Source: Alphaproteobacteria bacterium
GTDB lineage: Bacteria; Pseudomonadota; Alphaproteobacteria; UBA6615
Direction: 5' to 3'
Assembly (NCBI GenBank): GCA_965261975.1
Contig: CBDHEC010000018.1
Span: 1-64,000 of the forward strand
DNA: 64,000 nucleotides
The notes beneath the pieces are model-generated. The model saw nothing but the letters and a program-made list of their open reading frames with translations, was not told the DNA's origin and did not search any database. This document shows positions 49,784 through 59,757 of the stretch, piece by piece. Positions within the stretch are counted from its first letter, which is position 1. Each line of letters opens with the position of its first letter. The translations under genes were made by a program, and so were the position numbers.

Positions 49784-50992
49784 CTAACCGTGGTCGTGGT
49801 CGGCGAGCGTCGTCCCTTCCTCCACATAAACGTCCGTGCGGCCACCCGCCGCGCGCCCGTCATTGAGGGTGGTGAGCATCCAGTCGGCCATCGCCGGGTA
49901 GATTTCTGCGGCGACCTCGCCCATGGGATGGAAAATGCCCTCGTAGAGCCACAGCTCGCTGAAGTCCGCGAGGTTCCCGCGGAAGGTCGCGATATCGTCG
50001 GGCGTACACAGCTCGTCCATGTCCCCGGCAACCAGCAGATGCGGCACGGTCAGTGACTTCGCCACGTCGGGCAGGTGATCGTGGGTCTTCATGTGCGCGT
50101 CGAACTCGTCCTCATCGGTACAGCCCGTCATGTACATGAAGATGCGTTTGAAGTTGGGCTGGGCCTGCTCGAAGATGATGTCGAAGGTGCCGACATTGGC
50201 CATCTGGCCGATCACCGCCTTCACGCGCTTGTCGTGGGCGCCGACCTGCACACCCCAGCGCGAGCCCATGGACATGCCCATAACGCCGATCCGCTTGGCA
50301 TCGACATCGTCACGCGCGACGAGCCAGTCGATCACCGCCGATGCGGCCTGCTGGTAATTGTCGGCCGTCAACCATGTCTCGTTGAAATTGCACTCACCCT
50401 GCCCCGGCCCGTCCATGGCGCAGACATTCATGCCGCGCTGGGTGTAGTCGTTGTCGAACGGGTTGGCCACGTCCTCCTTGAGCGCATCCATGCCCGGCAG
50501 GATCAACACCGTCGGCTTGGGCCCGTCGCCCGGCGCGGCTTGAAAAACCGCATGGGCGCTGTGGCCGGGCGCAAACTCGGGGCGGACCTTCTCCATCGTA
50601 CCGCCGGACAGCTCGATCAGCTTGTCGTAGTTGCGGTAGAGCGCCTCGTAGCACTCGTCCTTGTGGGGATTGCGGTGGACCGGCACCAGATGCTGGGCAC
50701 GCCCGAAGCAAAGCGCGGCTCGATGATAAAGCCTGCGCGCGGTGACCAGACGGCCCTTCGCCTCAGCCTCCTTGGCCATGCCCTCGAGCACCACGGCACG
50801 CTTCTTCCAGGCCTTGGGAAAGGATCGCCGACCCGTCACCTTGGTGTAGACCGCGTTCAAATCCTGCATGGTGAAGCCGCGGCCCACGCGGGTGCCCATG
50901 ATACCCGGATGCAGCACGTCCTCATTCTCGGACAGCATCAGGAAATTGTCGAAGATCCAGCCCTGATCGGCGCGCAATTGTGGTTTCGGCAT
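49784..50992 (-). CDS. Alpha/beta hydrolase (same family), copy 2
   Basis: Collinear paralog of 46737-47945 sharing KPQLRADQGWIFDNFLMLS, GMSMGSRWGV and QPNFKRIFMYM. GGGGAG RBS. Confidence 0.8.
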   Translation of the reverse strand: MPKPQLRADQGWIFDNFLMLSENEDVLHPGIMGTRVGRGFTMQDLNAVYTKVTGRRSFPKAWKKRAVVLEGMAKEAEAKGRLVTARRLYHRAALCFGRAQHLVPVHRNPHKDECYEALYRNYDKLIELSGGTMEKVRPEFAPGHSAHAVFQAAPGDGPKPTVLILPGMDALKEDVANPFDNDYTQRGMNVCAMDGPGQGECNFNETWLTADNYQQAASAVIDWLVARDDVDAKRIGVMGMSMGSRWGVQVGAHDKRVKAVIGQMANVGTFDIIFEQAQPNFKRIFMYMTGCTDEDEFDAHMKTHDHLPDVAKSLTVPHLLVAGDMDELCTPDDIATFRGNLADFSELWLYEGIFHPMGEVAAEIYPAMADWMLTTLNDGRAAGGRTDVYVEEGTTLADHDHG

Positions 50993-51150
50993 GTTGGTCT
51001 CTCCCCCTAAAGCATTGTTTCGGGCCGCTATGCGAGCCTGTTTTTCCAAAACTACAATTAACTCTCAGCCACCGCCAGTCGCGCGGATGAAATTTGGGCA
51101 ATCGCGTGAACGACGGCATAATCCATGCAAGATCAATCCAGCGGGGACTC

Positions 51151-51951
51151 ATGACCATCAAGACCGACCTTCACCCCGAACTGCGCCTCGACCTGTCGCC
51201 GCAGGTCGCGACGATCACCATCAACGCACCAGACAACGAGAACCGGCTGAACCCCGAGAGCCTGCGCAACCTCGGCGCCGTCATCGACGAGTTGCGCACC
51301 CGCGACGACATCCAGGTGGTGATCTTCACCGGTGTAGGCGACGAATGGTTCTCGGCGGGCCTGATGAACCCGGCAATCCGTGCGGCCATGACCAAGGACG
51401 AGGTGATCGCCTATGTGGTGGACGGCAACCGCATCTTCGACGAACTGGAGGCCCTGCCCCAGATCACCATCGCCGCGATCAACGGCAAGGTCGTCGCCGG
51501 CGCATCGGAACTGGCGCTGGCCTGCGACATAAGGATCGCGGGTGAACACTCGACCCTGATGCTGCCCGAGGCGAAGTGGGGCGGCTTCCCGGGTGCCGGT
51601 GCACCCCACCGCCTGCCCATGGCGGTGGGGCACGGCCACGCCATCGAACTCATTGCCTCTGGCGCGGAGATCGACGCCGGCGAGATGGCGCGCATCGGTT
51701 TCGTGAACCATGTCCATCCCAAGGGTGAAGTTCTGGCAGCTGCCACCGAACTCGCACAAAGCATCGGAGCCAACGGACCGCTGGCAACCCGTGGTGCAAA
51801 ACGCATCGCGCGCGCGCGTCGGGAACCGGGCTTCCGGGCGGCACGCGAGATGTCGGATACCTTGCGTTATGCGCTCGAATGGAGCCACGACGTGGACGAA
51901 GGCATCGCAGCCGCCAAAGAAGGTCGTCCGGCCAACTTCACGGGCCGTTAG
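51151..51951 (+). CDS. Enoyl-CoA hydratase/isomerase family protein
   Basis: FSAG, AINGKVVAGASELALACDIR and PEAKWGGFPGAG motifs. Confidence 0.88.
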   Translation: MTIKTDLHPELRLDLSPQVATITINAPDNENRLNPESLRNLGAVIDELRTRDDIQVVIFTGVGDEWFSAGLMNPAIRAAMTKDEVIAYVVDGNRIFDELEALPQITIAAINGKVVAGASELALACDIRIAGEHSTLMLPEAKWGGFPGAGAPHRLPMAVGHGHAIELIASGAEIDAGEMARIGFVNHVHPKGEVLAAATELAQSIGANGPLATRGAKRIARARREPGFRAAREMSDTLRYALEWSHDVDEGIAAAKEGRPANFTGR

Positions 51952-51960
51952 GAGACATCC

Positions 51961-52287
51961 ATGACTCGGATCATCACCATCGCAGCCGTCATCCTGGTTC
52001 TCGCAGCCGCACCGGTGCGCGCCGATGCCATCGACGGCAAATGGTGCAACCCGGAACTGGGGCGCATGGAAATTCTCGGGCCGCAGATCATGACACCCGG
52101 CGGCAACCGTATCTCCGGCGACTATGACCGGCACGGCTTTCGCCATATCATGCCTGACGGAGAAGACGGCGCGGGGGCCGACGTGGACATGGTGCTGGTA
52201 GACGACGACACCCTGCACCGGATCGTCGCGCCGCGCGCCGGTGCGAACATCGAGGTCTGGCGCCGCTGCCGCGCCCAGGTCAGCTAG
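51961..52287 (+). CDS. Small exported hypothetical protein
   Basis: Signal peptide ending VRA-D, two Cys (DGKWC, WRRC), AGGAG RBS. Confidence 0.75.
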   Translation: MTRIITIAAVILVLAAAPVRADAIDGKWCNPELGRMEILGPQIMTPGGNRISGDYDRHGFRHIMPDGEDGAGADVDMVLVDDDTLHRIVAPRAGANIEVWRRCRAQVS

Positions 52288-52377
52288 AACGCGACCATCG
52301 TGCGGACACCGGCAATTTGCTTTCGGCCGGCAACGGGTTAGCCTGCTTTCAGCAATCATCTGAGTAATTAAGGGGGA

Positions 52378-53082
52378 ATGACGATGGCGGAATTTACCGC
52401 TGCGGATCTGGCCGTCGAGGACCAGTACAAACTGATGAGCGGCGCGATCATCCCGCGGCCCATCGCCCTGACCGTGACGATGGGCCCGGACGGGCCCAAT
52501 GCCGCACCGTTCAGTTTCTTCAACTGTATCGGCGTATCACCGCCCATGTTCATGATCGCCTGCAGCCCGAAATCCGGGCCCAAGTCCGGCGGCAGCACGG
52601 GCGAACTCAAGGATACGGTCGCCAACCTGCGTCACCATCCCGAGATGGTCGTCCATATCGTCGACTTCGAGTTGCGCAACCGGATGAACGCCTGCGCGCT
52701 GGACTACGGCAGCGACGTCAACGAGCTGGAGATTGCGGGTTTCAACACCGCACCGTCGAAACTTGTCTCGCCGCCACGCATCACCGACTGCCGGGTCGCA
52801 CTCGAGAGCAAGCTGATCGATATCCACGAGATGGGGACCCTGCCCTATTACGTCATCTTCGGCGAGGTCGTGCATTTCCATATGGACGACGCGGTGGTGA
52901 ATGATCGGTTGCATGTGGATCCCGAGGCGCTCGATGCGCTGGGCCGCATGGCGGGCAATGGCGGTTACACGAAGATCACCGACAAATTCACCATGCCCTT
53001 CCTGCACCCGCCGGGCTCGGCACCGCCCGAGGAGACCATCGCCAAGGCGCAGGAAATCGCGAAATCCGACCGCAGCGGCTGA
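52378..53082 (+). CDS. Flavin reductase-like FMN-binding protein
   Basis: YKLMSGAIIPRPIA, NAAPFSFFN, KDT..N and GRMAG motifs. Confidence 0.88.
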   Translation: MTMAEFTAADLAVEDQYKLMSGAIIPRPIALTVTMGPDGPNAAPFSFFNCIGVSPPMFMIACSPKSGPKSGGSTGELKDTVANLRHHPEMVVHIVDFELRNRMNACALDYGSDVNELEIAGFNTAPSKLVSPPRITDCRVALESKLIDIHEMGTLPYYVIFGEVVHFHMDDAVVNDRLHVDPEALDALGRMAGNGGYTKITDKFTMPFLHPPGSAPPEETIAKAQEIAKSDRSG

Positions 53083-53101
53083 GCGCCGGGGAGACGAAAC
53101 C

Positions 53102-53929
53102 ATGACCGATAGCAACACCGCGTTCGAATCGATCGATGCCGAACTGGTCTACGCCGTCGACACCGGCGAGAAACTGATCAACCAGACCATGCCCGCCGGC
53201 GACATGTCCCGGGTCGTCACCGGCACCTACGAGATGCATCCCCGGACCATTCGCAACGGGCGGCTGTCCCGGGACGAGTTCTCGCTCGACCGCAACGGGT
53301 TCGTGTTCTGCGACCACCCCACGGCGGTGACCGACTTCTTCGACAAGGATCAGGTCACCGACGTCTATTACGACGAAGCCTGCAAGCTGGTGGCAGAGAT
53401 GAGCGGCGCATCACGGGTCGAGGTGTTCGATCACACCGTGCGTTCCAGCGACGAGGATACCCGCAAAGAGAAGCTGGTCCGCGAGCCGGTCCATTCGGCA
53501 CACAATGACTACACCGAGAATTCCGGGCCGCGCCGGGTGCAGGAAATTTTCCCCGACGAGGCCGGCGATCTGCTGTCGCGCCGGTTCGCAATCATCCAGG
53601 TGTGGCGGGCAATCCGGAAACCGATCGAGCGGGATCCCCTGACCATTTGTGATGCGCGAACGTTCCGGCCCGAAGACCTGATCACCGCCGAACGCCGCTA
53701 TCCTCACAGGATCGGCGAAACCTACCGCCTGGCCTTCAGCGAGGGCCAGCAATGGTACTATTTCCCGGAAATGACCCGGGACGAGGCCCTGGTCTTCAAG
53801 GTTTATGATTCCGACACCAGCCTGGACGCGCGCTTCACGCCCCACACCTCGTTCGCCGACCCGACGAGCCCAAAGGACGGCCCGCCGCGCGAGAGTATCG
53901 AGATCCGGACCTTCGCCTTCTTCGACTAG
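53102..53929 (+). CDS. CmcJ/NvfI-family oxidoreductase (putative Fe/2OG enzyme)
   Basis: FSLDRNGF, FDHTVR, HNDYT, IIQVWR, PLTICD, TPHTSF and PRESIEIR motifs. Confidence 0.82.
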   Translation: MTDSNTAFESIDAELVYAVDTGEKLINQTMPAGDMSRVVTGTYEMHPRTIRNGRLSRDEFSLDRNGFVFCDHPTAVTDFFDKDQVTDVYYDEACKLVAEMSGASRVEVFDHTVRSSDEDTRKEKLVREPVHSAHNDYTENSGPRRVQEIFPDEAGDLLSRRFAIIQVWRAIRKPIERDPLTICDARTFRPEDLITAERRYPHRIGETYRLAFSEGQQWYYFPEMTRDEALVFKVYDSDTSLDARFTPHTSFADPTSPKDGPPRESIEIRTFAFFD

Positions 53930-53934
53930 GCCCG

Positions 53935-55260
53935 CTACCTGGCCAGCGCGGCATCCACGAAAGCTGCGGCGGAACCCAGATAGTTCCCCGGCTCGGCCAA
54001 TGCCTGCCAGTCCACCGTCGCGTCCGAGCGCGCAGACAGGATTGCGATCAGGTTTTCACCGGTCCGTGAAACCTCGGCACAGGCCTCGCTGACGAGTTTC
54101 TGTGCGTCCGCGCGCGGCATATGTTCGGACAGTGCAAACGAGGCCGCTTCGGCCAGGCAAAGCCCATTCGTTGCGTCAATATTGGCGCGCATGCGTGCCC
54201 CGTCGACGACAAGCTCTGCGGTCAGGTGGTTTGCATGATTCAGGGCCCCGCTCGCGGCGAGTATCATGTTCGGCACCGTCAGCCATTCGAGCGACCAGGC
54301 CGCGCCGCTGCGTTCATGTTCGGCCAACTGCGCCTGGTGCACCCCCGAGACCGCATTTGCGTTGTACCGGGCGAGTGTTACCAGCGTTTCGCTGCGAACC
54401 GGATTCGCCTTCTGCGGCAAGGTCGACGAACCGCCGCGCCGGGCTTCCCCAGTCTCTCGCACCTCACCCACTTCGCTCTGCGCGAGCAACCCGACATCCA
54501 GCCCGATCGTGCCCAGCGCACCCGTGAGCGAGGAAAGCCAGCTGGCCAACTCACCAATGCCGTCACGCTGTGTATGCCAGGGCGTCGCCGGTACGCCCAG
54601 GCCGAGCGCGTCCGCCAGGGCCTTGCGGACCGCGGGGCCATCATCACCAAGCGGCGCAAGCGTGCCCGCCGCACCCCCGAACTGCACCATCAGCAATCTT
54701 GGACGAAGCTCCGCCATGCGGGCACGGACCCGCAGCAATGGCTCTCGCCAGCCGACAAGCTTCAAGCCGAACGTGGTAGGCGCGGCCTGCTGCAGACGTG
54801 TTCGCGCGAGCATCACCGTTTCGCGGTGCTCGCGCGCGCGCGCGGCGAGCGTATCGATCAGTTCATCAAGTTGCTTGTCGAAGCTATCGAGCACCTCGCG
54901 CAGGACCAACACCAACGCCGTATCGATCGCGTCCTGGGATGTGGCACCCCAGTGGAGGTAGTTCGCGGCTTCCCCACCGACCGCCGTGCGCAGTTGCGCG
55001 ACCAGCGCCGGCACCGGAACCCCCGCGCCTTCCGTGCCGCGCCCGATCGCCTGCAAGTCAGGCGCAAACCCCTCAAGCCGTGCCGCGATATCCGTCGCCG
55101 CCGCGCCCGGGATTACGCCACAGGCGGCCTCCGCCTGTGCCAACGCAACTTCGAAGCGCACCATTTCGGCAATGCGACGTTCTTCGGATAGACGCGCGCG
55201 CATTTCGCCCGTGGCGAACAGATCGCCATGCGACATCGCGCCAAAGGGATCGCTGGTCAT
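53935..55260 (-). CDS. pcaB: 3-carboxy-cis,cis-muconate cycloisomerase
   Basis: HWGATSQD, QFGGAAGTL and GGSSTLPQKANP (fumarase/ASL fold). Follows pcaG. Confidence 0.92.
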   Translation of the reverse strand: MTSDPFGAMSHGDLFATGEMRARLSEERRIAEMVRFEVALAQAEAACGVIPGAAATDIAARLEGFAPDLQAIGRGTEGAGVPVPALVAQLRTAVGGEAANYLHWGATSQDAIDTALVLVLREVLDSFDKQLDELIDTLAARAREHRETVMLARTRLQQAAPTTFGLKLVGWREPLLRVRARMAELRPRLLMVQFGGAAGTLAPLGDDGPAVRKALADALGLGVPATPWHTQRDGIGELASWLSSLTGALGTIGLDVGLLAQSEVGEVRETGEARRGGSSTLPQKANPVRSETLVTLARYNANAVSGVHQAQLAEHERSGAAWSLEWLTVPNMILAASGALNHANHLTAELVVDGARMRANIDATNGLCLAEAASFALSEHMPRADAQKLVSEACAEVSRTGENLIAILSARSDATVDWQALAEPGNYLGSAAAFVDAALAR

Positions 55261-55283
55261 GTCAAACCGCCTGAATGTCGGCA

Positions 55284-55883
55284 CTAAACATCGAAGAAGA
55301 CCGTCTCATCCGGCCCCTGCATGCGGATATCAAACCGGTAGACCCGTCCGGGCAGGTTCACATCGCGTCTGGCGATCAGGGTTTGGCGCCGATCTTCCGG
55401 CACCGACGACAAGACCGGGTCGGCGGCATTGGCCTCACCCTCATCGGAAAAGTAGACACGGGTATAGGCGTGCAGGAGCAGCCCGCGCATCAACACCGTC
55501 ATGTTCAGATGCGGCGCCTGTTTACCGTCCACACTGCCCGGCTTGATCGTATCGAAGCTGAAGCGGCTATCCGGTGTCGTGCCGGTGCCAACCCTGCCGA
55601 ATCCCTTGAAAGCCGGATCGAGCAGATTGTCCCGGCGGTCATCGGCAGGATGATTGTATCGCCCGTGACTGTTGGCCTGCCAAATCTCGATCAGGGCATC
55701 GGGCACGAGCTCGCCCGCCCCGTCGAAAACCTGGCCGGTGAGACGAATGTGCTGGCCCTCGATCGCTTCGGAGGCCATCTCTGCGCCGGCAATGCTGGCA
55801 AAGCCGTAATTGTATTGCTCCGGCACGAGCCCATAGGCAAAGAAGGGCCCGACGGTCTGCGAGGGTGTCTGTCCGCGCTTCAT
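55284..55883 (-). CDS. pcaG: Protocatechuate 3,4-dioxygenase alpha subunit
   Basis: TPSQTVGPFF, EIWQAN, RGLLLHAYTRVYF and ETVFFDV motifs. Confidence 0.95.
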   Translation of the reverse strand: MKRGQTPSQTVGPFFAYGLVPEQYNYGFASIAGAEMASEAIEGQHIRLTGQVFDGAGELVPDALIEIWQANSHGRYNHPADDRRDNLLDPAFKGFGRVGTGTTPDSRFSFDTIKPGSVDGKQAPHLNMTVLMRGLLLHAYTRVYFSDEGEANAADPVLSSVPEDRRQTLIARRDVNLPGRVYRFDIRMQGPDETVFFDV

Positions 55884-55886
55884 GGT

Positions 55887-56582
55887 TTAGCCCTCCATCG
55901 GCGTCGCTGCCGGGCCGCGCAGCACGATGTCGAAACGATAACCCAGCGCGAATTCCGGCTCCGTCAGTTCCAGATCGAAGGCCGATACCATGCGGTCGCG
56001 CGCGCCATCCGGCACACCGTTGAAGATGGGATCGAACTCGAAGAGCGGATCACCCGGAAAATACATCTGGGTCACGAGCCGTGTCGCGATGGTCGGACCG
56101 AACAAGGAGAGGTGGATGTGATTGGGCCGCCAGGCATTCGGGTGATTGCGCCAGGGATAGGCACCGGGCTTGATGGTGCGGAACTCGTAACGTCCGTCGG
56201 CATCGGTCACGCAGCGCCCCGCGCCCAGAAAATTGAGATCCAGCGGCGCATCATGCTGATCGACCTCATGGACGTAACGCCCCGCCGAGTTGGCCTGCCA
56301 TATCTCGATGAGCGTGTCGGGAATGGGCCTGTCATTCTCATCGACGACCCGACCTGCCACGATGATGCGTTCACCGAGCGGTTCGCCGTTCACGCACGAA
56401 TTCTTCGTCAGGTCGGCGTCCAGCGCTCCGAGCGCATCATGCCCATAGACCGGGCCCGTGATCTCGGACAGGGATTCCGGAATCGGAATCAGGGGTTTCG
56501 TGGGACCGCGCAGCTGCGTGGATTTATAGTCGGGGTGTTGAAAAGGCGGCTGGCTCGTCCAGTCACGGTTGGCGTCTGTCAT
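55887..56582 (-). CDS. pcaH: Protocatechuate 3,4-dioxygenase beta subunit
   Basis: EITGP, WQANSAGRY, PGAYPWRN and WRPNHIH (iron ligands). Confidence 0.95.
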   Translation of the reverse strand: MTDANRDWTSQPPFQHPDYKSTQLRGPTKPLIPIPESLSEITGPVYGHDALGALDADLTKNSCVNGEPLGERIIVAGRVVDENDRPIPDTLIEIWQANSAGRYVHEVDQHDAPLDLNFLGAGRCVTDADGRYEFRTIKPGAYPWRNHPNAWRPNHIHLSLFGPTIATRLVTQMYFPGDPLFEFDPIFNGVPDGARDRMVSAFDLELTEPEFALGYRFDIVLRGPAATPMEG

Positions 56583-56986
56583 ATCTCGTCACCCTCCGCA
56601 TCACCCAGATCGAGACCCATCTCGGTATAGGTTTGCTTCGCCACCGCGATAGCGGCATTCGCCGCCGGAACACCGGCATACATTGCCACCATCAACAGCA
56701 CTTCCTTGATGTCGTCCATCGAAGCGCCCGTGTTCGCTGTCGCGCGGATGTGCATCGCCAGCTCATCGTGATGGCCCAGGGCGGCCATGAACGCGACGAC
56801 CAGCAAGCTGCGTTCACGCGTCGTAAGGCCGTCGCGGGTCCATACCGACCCCCAGGCGGATTCGGTAATGAGCTTTTGGAAATCAGCGTCGAACCCGGTC
56901 TTGTTGGCCTCGGCTCGATCGACATGGTCCGCCCCCAGCACCGCGCGCCGGACGGCCATGCCATCGCTGTGTCTATCGTCGCCCAA
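56579..56986 (-). CDS. pcaC: 4-carboxymuconolactone decarboxylase
   Basis: GMAVRRAVLG..HVDR, FQKLIT..AWG.VW.R and YAGVPAAN motifs. TTG start with GGAGAGG RBS. Confidence 0.92.
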   Translation of the reverse strand: MGDDRHSDGMAVRRAVLGADHVDRAEANKTGFDADFQKLITESAWGSVWTRDGLTTRERSLLVVAFMAALGHHDELAMHIRATANTGASMDDIKEVLLMVAMYAGVPAANAAIAVAKQTYTEMGLDLGDAEGDEI

Positions 56987-57158
56987 AACGCCTCTCCATT
57001 CGCTGTATACCCTCACGATGGCCGGTTGCTCGCACCAAGGCAATTCGCAATCGGTATCGTAAAGATAACCTACTCGCGATCGATCACAATCAGGGCAGAT
57101 GCGCCCGGTGGCGACGACAGGTTCGACGAGTGATCGCGCGGTGACGGCCGTCGGGCGG

Positions 57159-57704
57159 TTACTCCCAGCGGCCGCCGATCAGGACGAATGCGACCTTGGC
57201 CGGCTTGCCGGACCTGTTGGTCCAGGCATGGTTCGTGCCGCGCTGAATCAGGACATCGCCCGGCCGGAGAACCGTCTCTCCCTTTTCCATGATTGCCGTG
57301 AGCTCGCCCTCGATCACGATGGCATAGTCCACCGTCTCCGTCGTGTGCATGCCCGGATGCGCACCGTCACCACCCGGTCGATCCGCATCCTCGAACAACT
57401 TGCCGAACATCCCCTCAAACTGGCGCGCCAGTTCCTCCGGGTCTTCGGGGTCGGGCGGATACTCGATCACCCGCAAGACGGTTCCGCCCGGCGGCGGCAG
57501 CACGCCTTCATGGTCCTCGATACCGTCCGGCGCGCCGACCACATCGGGCGCGGCGCCGGTAATCCAGATGTTGTTGACGACGTAGCCCGGCCGGGCGTCC
57601 ACCGTACGCGAGGCCGGGGTCGGCCCGTCTTCCGCGATATAGGACTTCCCGTCCTCATCGATCGCCGTTACGACCCGCCGCGTTATCTTGTGATCTTGCG
57701 CCAT
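57159..57704 (-). CDS. Cupin domain protein
   Basis: RRVVT, GMHTTETVDY and QRGTNHAWTNRS motifs. Confidence 0.85.
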   Translation of the reverse strand: MAQDHKITRRVVTAIDEDGKSYIAEDGPTPASRTVDARPGYVVNNIWITGAAPDVVGAPDGIEDHEGVLPPPGGTVLRVIEYPPDPEDPEELARQFEGMFGKLFEDADRPGGDGAHPGMHTTETVDYAIVIEGELTAIMEKGETVLRPGDVLIQRGTNHAWTNRSGKPAKVAFVLIGGRWE

Positions 57705-57811
57705 GTTTCCCCCTTTGCTTCGGATACTGGGCACGTGCCCGCCGCCATTCTACACGACACACGTCGTGTCACATTCTGATAGTCTGGGAAAACCGGAACG
57801 GGGGAAAACCA

Positions 57812-58774
57812 ATGAGTCAGACGATGCCGATAGAGGACGCACACGCAACGGACATCACCGTGCGCAAGGTCGGTGCTGCCTGTGGCGCGGAAATCGAGGG
57901 TGTCGACCTTTCGAAGGAATTGGACGACGCCAGCCTTGCCGCGATCCACGATGCCCTCGTCGCGCATCAGGTGATCATTTTCCGCAACCAGGACATCACG
58001 ACCGAAGACCAGAAGTCATTCGGGCGGCGGTTCGGCGAGCTGACCGTTCACCCCTTCGCGCCCAGCGACGCCGAAGCCCCCGACCTCATCGTCTTCGACA
58101 ATGATGCCGACAATCCCCCATGGGGTACGGATGTCTGGCATTCCGACGAGACGTTCCGTGAAGAGCCGCCGCTCGGCACGATGCTGCGCGCCCTGATCGT
58201 TCCCGACTATGGCGGCGACACGCTGTTCGCGAGCATGGCGGCTGCCTATGAAGGGCTGAGCGATCACATGCAGCAGTTCGTCTCCGGCCTGGAGGCGATT
58301 CACGATTTCAAGCCCTTTCGCCAGCTCTTCGACGACGACGCCGAGAGCCGCACCCGTCTGCGCCAATTCGAGGATCGCTATCCGCCGGCCGTACATCCTG
58401 TCGTGCGCACCCACCCGGTCTCGGGCCGCAAGGTACTGTTCGTGAACCCCCAGTTTACCGTTGCGATCAAGGGTATGGACGAAGCCGAGAGCCGGGCGGT
58501 GCTGGAACTGTTGTTTCATCAGGCCGAAATCCCGGAATACCAGTTTCGTCATCACTGGGAACCCAACACGCTCGCCTTCTGGGACAACCGGTCGGTCCAG
58601 CATTACGCGATCCACGACTACTATCCCAACCGTCGCAAACTCGAGCGGATCACCATCAAGGGGGACCGTCCCTTCTCCGATATCCCCGCCATCGATACCG
58701 ACGTAATCCGCACCCGCAAGGGCGCGCGCGCCATCAGCCAGTCGGCCCATGGCGGGCACGCGCCGAAGGACTAA
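57812..58774 (+). CDS. TauD/TfdA-family 2-oxoglutarate-dependent dioxygenase
   Basis: GAEIEGVDL, WHSDET, GGDTLF, HPVVRTHP and WDNRSVQHYA motifs. Confidence 0.92.
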   Translation: MSQTMPIEDAHATDITVRKVGAACGAEIEGVDLSKELDDASLAAIHDALVAHQVIIFRNQDITTEDQKSFGRRFGELTVHPFAPSDAEAPDLIVFDNDADNPPWGTDVWHSDETFREEPPLGTMLRALIVPDYGGDTLFASMAAAYEGLSDHMQQFVSGLEAIHDFKPFRQLFDDDAESRTRLRQFEDRYPPAVHPVVRTHPVSGRKVLFVNPQFTVAIKGMDEAESRAVLELLFHQAEIPEYQFRHHWEPNTLAFWDNRSVQHYAIHDYYPNRRKLERITIKGDRPFSDIPAIDTDVIRTRKGARAISQSAHGGHAPKD

Positions 58775-58831
58775 AAGCCCTTAACCCCTGCCGAAGTAGC
58801 GCGCCCCGCCACCGGGCCGAAATGATTTGCC

Positions 58832-59737
58832 ATGACACTTCTCTGGATCCCCCTGACGATCGCCGCAGCGTTCCTGCAGAATGTGCGCTCGGCATTGCAG
58901 AAACATCTCAAGGGTGAGCTGGGGACAATCGGCGCCACCTTCGTGCGCTTCGGATACGGGTTTCCGTTTGCGATCCTGTATCTCGCCGGCCTGGTGCTGC
59001 TGTTCGACTTCGAATTGCCGGGCTTCAACAGCACCTTCCTTTTCTGGGTTGTCACCGGCGGGTTGGCACAGATCCTGGCGACCGCGCTGCTCGTCACCCT
59101 GTTCGACGCGCGAAACTTCGCCGTCGGCACCACCTACTCCAAGACGGAAACCGTCCAGGCTGCGGTGTTTGCCCTCGTATTTCTTGGTGAAAGCATCTCC
59201 GCGGCCGCGATCATCGGCATCCTCGTCAGCCTGGTGGGGGTGATCGCCATATCTGCGGCCCGCGCGCCGGCAGGGTTGGCCGGCATCGCCAAATCCTGGT
59301 TGGCCCGTCCGGCCTTGATCGGTCTCGCTTCGGGCGCGTTTTTCGGCGTGGCGGCAGTTTCCTATCGTGGCGCGTCGCTGTCGCTCGGCGGCGATGGTTT
59401 CCTTGTACAGGCCGCCTTTACGCTCGCAGTCGTACTGGTATTTCAGACATTGGTGATGGCGGCTTTCATGGCCTTGCGTGACCCCGGCGAGATTTACCGT
59501 GTCATCAAAGCATGGCGCGTGGCCGGCCTGGTCGGCCTAAGCGGCGCGCTGGCCTCGATCGGCTGGTTTACCGCCATGACGATCCAGAACGCGGCGCTGG
59601 TGCGCGCCTTGGGCCAGGTCGAACTGGTCTTTACCATCGCGTCCTCGGTCCTGATCTTCCGCGAGAAAATTCTGCGCCTCGAACTGACCGGAATCGTCCT
59701 GATCGTTGCCGGGATCATCATTTTGCTGCTGTTCTAG
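58832..59737 (+). CDS. DMT/EamA family transporter
   Basis: About 10 TM helices, RNFAVGTTYSKTE and ALGQVEL. Confidence 0.85.
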   Translation: MTLLWIPLTIAAAFLQNVRSALQKHLKGELGTIGATFVRFGYGFPFAILYLAGLVLLFDFELPGFNSTFLFWVVTGGLAQILATALLVTLFDARNFAVGTTYSKTETVQAAVFALVFLGESISAAAIIGILVSLVGVIAISAARAPAGLAGIAKSWLARPALIGLASGAFFGVAAVSYRGASLSLGGDGFLVQAAFTLAVVLVFQTLVMAAFMALRDPGEIYRVIKAWRVAGLVGLSGALASIGWFTAMTIQNAALVRALGQVELVFTIASSVLIFREKILRLELTGIVLIVAGIIILLLF

Positions 59738-59757
59738 ACAGCGTAGGGAGACAAGAG

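Noticed and set aside
46737-50992. Direct repeats flanking the Kef antiporter as a composite mobile element
   Set aside because: The repeats are diverged protein-coding paralogs. There is no transposase, inverted repeat or target-site duplication.
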